From contig CANRDN010000005.1 of assembly GCA_947629375.1 (NCBI GenBank), forward strand, positions 6,968 through 70,967: a stretch of DNA of 64,000 bases, read 5' to 3'. Under the pieces are notes generated by a model that ran no database searches, was not told the DNA's origin, and saw only the letters and a program-made list of their open reading frames with translations. The DNA comes from an uncultured Bacilli bacterium (GTDB lineage: Bacteria > Bacillota_I > Bacilli_A > RF39 > UBA660). Positions 57,495 to 64,000 of this stretch are shown piece by piece; the first letter of the stretch is position 1; each line of letters opens with the position of its first letter. The translations under genes and the position numbers were made by a program.

Positions 57495-59606
57495 ATGATG
57501 AGTATTTTAGAATATGCAGATGATGTCAAAAAATCAGTAGAAGAAATATTTGATTTATGTGATAAATTAGGAATTGCATATACTAACGAAAATACCTCTC
57601 TATCTGAAGATGACATAGTACTTCTTGATGGAGAAATAGAAAATGATACAGAAGAAAATCCATATGAAGAAGAGGAAGTACTTGAAGAAAAAGTAGAAAA
57701 AATAATAAGTGACGCTAAAATAGATATTGATAGCACTACCAATAAACAAAAATTAAAAAGTAAACAAGAAAGAACAGAAAACTCTAAGATAAAGTTTCAA
57801 AAAGAAAGAAAAGAACTTTATAAACATAGAGAAAAATTAATGACTAATGAGGAAAAAAAAGTAGATAATGTCGTTCTTTATAAAGAAAATATGACTGTTA
57901 CTGAGTTAGCAGAAGCTTTAAATGTCAGCACTACAGAAGTAATTAAGAAATTAATGAAACTTGGAATAATGGCTAACCTTAACTATTCTTTATCTTTTGA
58001 AGTAGCAGAACTTGTAGTAATTGATTATGGTAAAGAATTAAAAGCAGCTGAATCAAAAGATATAAGTAATTTTGAAAAATATGAAATTAACGATAGTGAA
58101 GAAAACTTGATTGCAAGACCTCCAATCGTAACAGTTATGGGGCACGTTGACCACGGTAAAACATCTCTTCTTGATAAAATAAGACAAACTGATGTTGTAA
58201 GTGGAGAAGCAGGTGGAATTACTCAAGCAATCGGTGCTTACCAAGTAGAATGTAATGGTAGCAAAATAACATTTATCGATACACCAGGACACGAAGCATT
58301 CACTGAGATGAGAGCTCGTGGAGCAAGTGTTACTGATATAGCAATTATTATTGTAGCAGCAGACGATGGGGTTAAGCCACAGACTAAAGAAGCAATCGAC
58401 CACGCTAAAGCTGCAAATGTTCCAATAGTAGTAGCAATCAATAAAATCGATAAACCAGATGCTAACATCGAAAAAGTTATGACAGAACTTTCAGAGTATG
58501 GTCTAACACCAGAAGCTTGGGGTGGAAGTACAATATTCAATAACATCTCTTGTAAAACTGGTGAAGGAATTGATAAATTACTTGAAAACATATTATTAGT
58601 AAGTGAAATGGCAGAACTTAAAGCTAATCCATCAAGATATGCTATTGGTACTGTAATTGAATCAAGACTTGATAAGAAAACAGGAGTTGTTGCTACTGTT
58701 CTTGTTCAAAATGGAACATTAAGATTAGGAGATCCAATCGTTGTAGGTACATCTTTTGGTAAGATTAGATCACTTAAAAATGATAAGGGTGAAGAAGTAA
58801 CAGAAGCATATCCATCTATGCCAGTAGAAATAACTGGTATTAGTGAAGTTCCAAGTGCTGGAGATAAATTTATGGCATTTGAAACAGAAAAACAAGCTAA
58901 AAATATTGCTGATAGAAGAAAATTAAGAGCAAAACAAAAAGATACAAATAGATCTGGTATGAGTTTAGATGACTTATTCGGAGCTATTCAAAGTGGTATA
59001 AAAGAAATTAATGTTGTTTTAAAAACAGATGTTAATGGAAGTTTGGAAGCAATTAAACAAAGTCTTGCTAAAATAAATATCGATGGTGTTAGAGTAACCG
59101 TTATAAGAGGAGGAGTTGGAACTATCACTGAAAGTGATGTTGTTCTTGCTAATGCTTCTCGTGCTATAATAATCGGATTTAATGTAAGACCATCTTCATC
59201 AGTTATCGATATTGCAAAAGAATATAATGTCGATATTAAACTATATGATATTATCTATAAGATGATTGAAGATATCGAAGCAGCAATGAAGGGAATGCTT
59301 GACCCTGAATACGAAGAAGTAATAATTGGGGAAGTTGAAGTAAGACAATTGTTCAAATACTCAAAAGTTGGTACAATAGCAGGTAGTTATGTAAAATCTG
59401 GTGTTGTAAGAAATGGTGCTGATGCTCGTGTAATAAGAGATGGCATAGTAGTAGCAACTACTAAGATTAAATCTTTACAAAGAGAAAAAGACCAAGTTAA
59501 GGAAGTACCAAAAGGTATGGAATGTGGAGTAACTCTAGAAAACTTCCAAGACATTAAAGAAAATGACACAATTGAAGTTTTTGAACTTAAAGAGATTAAA
59601 AGATAA
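57495..59606 (+). CDS. infB: translation initiation factor IF-2
   Basis: G-domain motifs GHVDHGKT, DTPGH, NKID; C-terminal beta-barrel domains. Confidence 0.95.
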   Translation: MMSILEYADDVKKSVEEIFDLCDKLGIAYTNENTSLSEDDIVLLDGEIENDTEENPYEEEEVLEEKVEKIISDAKIDIDSTTNKQKLKSKQERTENSKIKFQKERKELYKHREKLMTNEEKKVDNVVLYKENMTVTELAEALNVSTTEVIKKLMKLGIMANLNYSLSFEVAELVVIDYGKELKAAESKDISNFEKYEINDSEENLIARPPIVTVMGHVDHGKTSLLDKIRQTDVVSGEAGGITQAIGAYQVECNGSKITFIDTPGHEAFTEMRARGASVTDIAIIIVAADDGVKPQTKEAIDHAKAANVPIVVAINKIDKPDANIEKVMTELSEYGLTPEAWGGSTIFNNISCKTGEGIDKLLENILLVSEMAELKANPSRYAIGTVIESRLDKKTGVVATVLVQNGTLRLGDPIVVGTSFGKIRSLKNDKGEEVTEAYPSMPVEITGISEVPSAGDKFMAFETEKQAKNIADRRKLRAKQKDTNRSGMSLDDLFGAIQSGIKEINVVLKTDVNGSLEAIKQSLAKINIDGVRVTVIRGGVGTITESDVVLANASRAIIIGFNVRPSSSVIDIAKEYNVDIKLYDIIYKMIEDIEAAMKGMLDPEYEEVIIGEVEVRQLFKYSKVGTIAGSYVKSGVVRNGADARVIRDGIVVATTKIKSLQREKDQVKEVPKGMECGVTLENFQDIKENDTIEVFELKEIKR

Positions 59607-59639
59607 TATCTCTTTTTGGCTTTTATTATAGGAGGTAAA

Positions 59640-60854
59640 ATGGAAGAATATAATAATTTTATAACTGAAAAGGTTTTAGACGAATTAGAAAATGTTAAGA
59701 AAGAATTAAAAGAGGAAAAATATCCTTTCTTTCTACACTATGTAGATTGTGATGTTAACTGGAAGTTTCATTCATTCTTTAGAAACTTTTTGAATTATTA
59801 TCAACAATTGTTTAATAATGGCGTAGAAATGGATAAAATTAAAAAACTACTTACAGAAGTTTTTAGTATATCATCTGATGAAATAACAGAACTATTGAGA
59901 CATCCATATTTAAGAAGTTTTTCTATTAATCAAAATATGGAAGATATGGAAGAAAAAGATTATTTAAAAGTATTTGATTTAAAAACAAATGGATTTTGTG
60001 GAGTAAATACGATACAGCTTGTTACTCATAATTCTGATAACTCAAGTTTAGAAAGAGTATTTGATTTCGAAAATAGTGGCAATATTTCTGTTAATCAAAC
60101 AAATTATACTAGTCTCGATGAAGTTAAAGGTAAATATAAAAGAAATCGTTTTTACAATGCAAAATATTCAGTTCTAAATGATGATTTTAAGTTTAATTCC
60201 TATATCACTACAGAGTTACTTTCTAATAATTATGATAGAGTTAATGAAATGTTTACTCTTGAAAGTGAAGATGATAATTTGTCTTTTACAGTTCAAAATA
60301 ATATAGGGGTTAAAAAATCTAATATTTATTTAGATAGGGATGTTAAAACAGGCAATTACAATTTACAAGTTGAGTCTTCTCTTTATAGTTTAATCGCAAC
60401 ATTTGATAAAGATTATAATCTTATTTCATTATCTCTTCTTGTTTATAAAGATAGAAATAGAAATGAAAGTTACCAGTTTGATCTAGATCAAAATAGAAAA
60501 ATAAGTGCTACTTCGTATACAAATGAAGGTAATAGAGAAGTAACTAAGGAAGATTATGAAGAAATGAAAGAAGCATTTAGTAAGGACAATAATCCTGACT
60601 TCTTAATTAATCCTAATCCTTTAGTAGAAAACTATTTTAACCTATTAATTAAATCATTCTTCGAAGGAAAGCTTGATGATTCATTATATGATTCAAAAGA
60701 GTTAAATAATCTTTTAGAAACAATTAAAGAAACAGTAATGGATGCTAAAGATACTCTTCCTTTAAAATTAAATGAAAGAATTGATAAATCATTGACTGAT
60801 TTAAAGATAAATAAGGAAGAAAATGTAAAGCGTCTAATAAAGAAAAATAATTAA
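59640..60854 (+). CDS. hypothetical protein (404 aa) inserted between infB and rbfA
   Basis: ATG at 59640 after AGGAGGT. Asn/Tyr-rich; no motif recognised. Confidence 0.5.
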   Translation: MEEYNNFITEKVLDELENVKKELKEEKYPFFLHYVDCDVNWKFHSFFRNFLNYYQQLFNNGVEMDKIKKLLTEVFSISSDEITELLRHPYLRSFSINQNMEDMEEKDYLKVFDLKTNGFCGVNTIQLVTHNSDNSSLERVFDFENSGNISVNQTNYTSLDEVKGKYKRNRFYNAKYSVLNDDFKFNSYITTELLSNNYDRVNEMFTLESEDDNLSFTVQNNIGVKKSNIYLDRDVKTGNYNLQVESSLYSLIATFDKDYNLISLSLLVYKDRNRNESYQFDLDQNRKISATSYTNEGNREVTKEDYEEMKEAFSKDNNPDFLINPNPLVENYFNLLIKSFFEGKLDDSLYDSKELNNLLETIKETVMDAKDTLPLKLNERIDKSLTDLKINKEENVKRLIKKNN

Positions 60855-60889
60855 TATAAATTTTGTACTATAAAATGTGGAGGTGCAGT

Positions 60890-61231
60890 ATGAGTATACA
60901 TATAGAAAGATTAAACAGTATCTTTGTTAAAGAAATAAGTATGATTTTACAGACTGAAATAAAAGATCCTCTTATAAAATTTGTAACTGTAACTGGTTGT
61001 GAGATAACAAACGATTTAAGTTTTGCTAAAGTTTATGTAACTATTTTAAACGATAAAGAAAAAGATAAAGTTATGGAAGCTTTGGAAGGCGCAAAAAGCT
61101 ACATTCGTGGACAGTTAAGTAAAAGAGTAGAAATAAGACATACTCCAGAATTAAGATTTATTTTTGATGAATCAATTGAATATGGAAACAATATCGAAAA
61201 AATAATTAAAGGATTGCACGAAGAAAAGTAG
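60890..61231 (+). CDS. rbfA: ribosome-binding factor A
   Basis: ATG at 60890 after GGAGGTG. RbfA signature RLNSIFVKEIS ... VTVTGCEITNDLSFAKVYV. Confidence 0.9.
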   Translation: MSIHIERLNSIFVKEISMILQTEIKDPLIKFVTVTGCEITNDLSFAKVYVTILNDKEKDKVMEALEGAKSYIRGQLSKRVEIRHTPELRFIFDESIEYGNNIEKIIKGLHEEK

Positions 61232-61494
61232 TTGACACTCATTTAAAAAAAGATTTGCAAAAACTATTTATTAAATTAAGTTTGTATGTTATATTAATAT
61301 TGTCTAATAGAAAAAGAGTTTTTTATAAAACCGACTAAGTAACGATACGGGAGTTCGGATCAGAAACTGGTGTTGAATGCTCATCTAAATATTTTTGAGA
61401 ATCCTAAAGGTTTCGTATGGACACCCACCTGCAATAAGCGGGTTTTATCGTACTCGATTCTTTAGACATTTTTTTTTGCATTAAAGGAGGGTTT

Positions 61495-62175
61495 ATGTTT
61501 GATAGATTAAAACTTTTAATAGGGGAAGATAATCTTGAAAAAATTAAAAACACTAAAGTTCTAATTGTCGGAGTTGGTGGTGTAGGTGGAGAGTGCGCTG
61601 TATCTCTTGTTAGAAGTGGCATAAAGGACCTTGTAATTATCGATTTTGATAAAGTAGATATAACAAATATCAATAGACAAGTTGTGGCTTATAAATCGAC
61701 AATTGGTCTTAAAAAAGTAGATGTCTTAGAAAAAATAACAAAAGAAATAAATGATGAATGTAATGTTAAAAAGTATGATATCTTTTTAGATAAAACAAAT
61801 ATAGAAGAAATATTTGATAAAGAATCTTTTGATTTTGTAATAGATTGCTGTGATTCAAAAGAGACTAAAAAAGAAATAATTAAAGAGTCTCTTAAAAGAA
61901 AAATTTCTTTTATTTCATCTATGGGAACAGGTAATAAACTAGACCCTAGCGCTTTAGAAATTGTTGATATCAGAAAGACTAATAATGACCCACTTGCTAG
62001 AATCTTTAGAAAATGGGTAAAGGATGAAAAGATAAAAGAAAAGATTCCTGTGCTTTGTTCTAAAGAAGTACCACTTCATACGGGCAAGATAGTTGCATCC
62101 ACATCTTTTGTGCCAAATAGTGCTGGACTTTTGATTGCAAGTTATGTAATTAGAAATATAATTGGAAAATACTAG
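61495..62175 (+). CDS. tcdA: tRNA threonylcarbamoyladenosine dehydratase / ThiF-MoeB-family E1-like enzyme
   Basis: Rossmann GxGxxG VGVGGVGGE and a TcdA/CsdL-like N-terminus. Confidence 0.75.
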   Translation: MFDRLKLLIGEDNLEKIKNTKVLIVGVGGVGGECAVSLVRSGIKDLVIIDFDKVDITNINRQVVAYKSTIGLKKVDVLEKITKEINDECNVKKYDIFLDKTNIEEIFDKESFDFVIDCCDSKETKKEIIKESLKRKISFISSMGTGNKLDPSALEIVDIRKTNNDPLARIFRKWVKDEKIKEKIPVLCSKEVPLHTGKIVASTSFVPNSAGLLIASYVIRNIIGKY

Positions 62176-62225
62176 TATTTTCCTTTTTCTTTTGTTATAA
62201 TATCTACCATTAAAAGGGTGATGTT

Positions 62226-63095
62226 ATGCTTAATCTTACGCAAGATCAACTAAAAAAATATTTTACGGGATTCAGTAATGCTTATGCCTCTAAAATCTTA
62301 AAATTTGGTAAGTATAAATTACTTTATGACTATCAAGATAAAGAATTTCTTAAAAAAATAGCAGATTTAACAGAAAGAAAAATTCCTAGCGATTTTAAGT
62401 TCATCTTTAATCCAATTTATGAACAATTTAGTGATTCACTTTATAACTTATTAAAAAATTTTAATGACCAAGAAGTAACTGATTTTTTTAACTATGTATT
62501 TGAACATTCTAGAATTAAACATTCGGATAAATTAAATATTCAAGAATCAAGAGCAATAACAACTATCGACAAAGACGGAAAATATAAATTTGATATAGAA
62601 GTTCCTAATATAACTAGTGTCGACATTTTAGCAGCAGAAATAATTCACGAATTAACTCATTTTTCTTCCTTTATTTATAATAGTAATAAAGAAGATGCCT
62701 TAGAGTACAGTGAAGTATTATCGATGTTTTTTGAGTACTTAATGTACGAAGAACTACTAAAAGAAAAGGGAAAAGATACATTTATAAGTAACCGTATATC
62801 TATGCTTCGAGAAAATTTTAAAGAGATGAAAGAAAACTTGCATTATGCGATTAATCCATCGTACTTAGAAATAAATCCCGAGGTGTATACAAATGTCTTA
62901 GCAAGTGACTTAACTTATATTGAAAGCTTAGAATATGTCTTAGGTCTTATCGAAAGAAGAGAAGATGATAAAAGAGCAGTTAATAATTCTATTAAAGATA
63001 TTTTAACAGGCAAAAGTACTTGCATAGATGAAAGAGAAAAACTAGATATTGAGACATCAAATTATAAAAAACTTAAAAAAATGATAAAAATGTGA
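62226..63095 (+). CDS. hypothetical protein with an HExxH motif (putative zinc metallopeptidase-like)
   Basis: AAEIIHELTHF contains HExxH; no other homology recognised. Confidence 0.4.
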   Translation: MLNLTQDQLKKYFTGFSNAYASKILKFGKYKLLYDYQDKEFLKKIADLTERKIPSDFKFIFNPIYEQFSDSLYNLLKNFNDQEVTDFFNYVFEHSRIKHSDKLNIQESRAITTIDKDGKYKFDIEVPNITSVDILAAEIIHELTHFSSFIYNSNKEDALEYSEVLSMFFEYLMYEELLKEKGKDTFISNRISMLRENFKEMKENLHYAINPSYLEINPEVYTNVLASDLTYIESLEYVLGLIERREDDKRAVNNSIKDILTGKSTCIDEREKLDIETSNYKKLKKMIKM

Positions 63096-63173
63096 AAGTG
63101 TTAACATTTTTATGTTGACATTGATATTCAAAGTATTATATAATCATTATGGAAATGAAACGGAGGGAATATT

Positions 63174-63443
63174 GTGGCAGTTAGAATAAGATTAACTAGA
63201 ATGGGTTCTAGACATAAACCAGTTTATAGAATTGTTGCCAGTGATTCAAGAAGACCAAGAGATGGTCAATATATCGAATTAATTGGAACTTACAATCCAT
63301 CTATAGATGAGGTTAAAGTAAATGAAGAAGTAGCATTAAAGTGGCTTAATCAAGGTGCTCTTCCTACAGATACAGTAAGAAATTTATTTAGCAAAAAAGG
63401 TATTATGACTAAGTTTGCTAATTCTAAAAAGGAAAATAAATAA
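63174..63443 (+). CDS. rpsP: 30S ribosomal protein S16
   Basis: [21 protein letters not shown] is the canonical S16 N-terminus. Confidence 0.95.
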   Translation: MAVRIRLTRMGSRHKPVYRIVASDSRRPRDGQYIELIGTYNPSIDEVKVNEEVALKWLNQGALPTDTVRNLFSKKGIMTKFANSKKENK

Positions 63444-63445
63444 TT

Positions 63446-63694
63446 ATGGACTTAGTAGAATTAACAAAAGAAATAGTTATGGCACTTGCTAAAGATAAAG
63501 AAAGTGTAAGCGTCAAAGAATTCGAAACTGATGAAGAAAACACAATCTTAATAGAAGTTATGGTTAGTGAAGAAGACATCGGTAGAATTATTGGAAAAGA
63601 TGGAAGAAATTCCAATGCTTTAAGAACTTTAGTTCAAGCAAGTAGTTATTTAAAAGATAACAAAAGAGTAAAAATTAATATCGATAAGTTTTAG
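63446..63694 (+). CDS. KH-domain RNA-binding protein (YlqC/UPF0109 family)
   Basis: GRIIGKDGRN KH motif. Conserved position after rpsP. Confidence 0.85.
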   Translation: MDLVELTKEIVMALAKDKESVSVKEFETDEENTILIEVMVSEEDIGRIIGKDGRNSNALRTLVQASSYLKDNKRVKINIDKF

Positions 63695-63717
63695 ACCTCT
63701 TAGGTCTTTTTCTTTTT
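63693..63717 (+). terminator. rho-independent terminator
   Basis: AGACCT-CTT-AGGTCT followed by a T tract. Confidence 0.5.
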
Positions 63718-63766
63718 GTTTGTAAAATTCTTTCAAATATACTATAATTAAAAATAGGTGATGTTG

Positions 63767-64000
63767 ATGGAGGAAGAAAAAATACTACCTAATCATATTG
63801 GAATTATAATGGATGGTAATGGTAGATGGGCAACAAGAAGAGGATTAAAAAGAAGTGCTGGTCATAAAGCTGGTGCTGATAACCTAGAAAAACTTCTAAA
63901 ACACATATTTAATCTTGGAATTAAATATGTAAGTGTCTATGCTTTTTCTACTGAAAACTTTAATCGAGATAAAGAAGAAGTAGATTATCTTATGAATCTA
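63767..64000 (+). CDS. uppS: undecaprenyl-diphosphate synthase (3' end lies outside the window)
   Basis: HIGIIMDGNGRWA and RSAGHKAG are canonical cis-prenyltransferase motifs. The ORF runs to the window edge. Confidence 0.85.
   Translation, partial: MEEEKILPNHIGIIMDGNGRWATRRGLKRSAGHKAGADNLEKLLKHIFNLGIKYVSVYAFSTENFNRDKEEVDYLMNL

Noticed and set aside
61321-61494. Possible tRNA or T-box in the rbfA-tcdA spacer.
   Set aside because: The T-loop-like GTTCGGATC lacks the invariant A58 context, and no acceptor stem can be formed. There is no GGGTGG T-box core. Kept only as an unclassified structured-leader observation.

Overview
Low-GC (about 30% GC) Firmicutes-type chromosomal window. By eye the gene content looks Erysipelotrichia/Clostridia-like, but no species call is possible. 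Most of the window is conserved housekeeping: lysS, an RluA-family pseudouridine synthase, TagGH-type ABC exporter, a VanZ-family protein, a P-type Ca2+-ATPase, a Wzx-type flippase, an RlmI-like methyltransferase, a class B PBP with one PASTA domain, mraY, proS, glyS with a probable T-box leader, eno, rpsO-pnp, rpmF, rimP-nusA-ylxR-infB-rbfA, rpsP and the start of uppS. Four regions stand out. (1) A SEDS-family gene (ftsW/spoVE/rodA family) beside mraY is split into a 238-aa N-terminal part and a 128-aa C-terminal part by a roughly 3.65-kb insertion. The insertion carries a large serine recombinase whose stop codon overlaps the right junction, a membrane-anchored XRE regulator, a secreted protein and two small ORFs. 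Joining the two halves at a shared CAGGTG core restores the conserved SEDS motif in frame, like the skin element of sporulating Firmicutes. (2) At the left edge there is a polymorphic-toxin / WXG100-like module: a 5'-truncated C-terminal domain gene plus a small downstream ORF, a 400-aa protein, two translationally coupled roughly 115-aa helical proteins (one with a clean W-x-G-x-x-A-x-A-F motif), and a 747-aa protein with seven 147-bp tandem repeats, two 180-bp repeats and a Pro/Gly-rich tail. (3) A carrier-protein-centred envelope-acylation candidate locus: acpS, a MaoC hotdog dehydratase, an SDR reductase, an MBOAT acyltransferase, two tandem DltD/SGNH-like paralogues, and an FkbH-like HAD-IIIC protein with a stand-alone ACP. 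Two paralogous helical proteins flank this locus and eno lies inside it. (4) A cluster of four small paralogous lipoproteins around queH. The promoters of two of them share a 16-nt motif, TTGTGATAAAATTGTG, with a distant zinc-ribbon membrane protein gene. No rRNA, tRNA, CRISPR array or IS element was recognised. All domain assignments are from reading motifs by eye, with no database searches.
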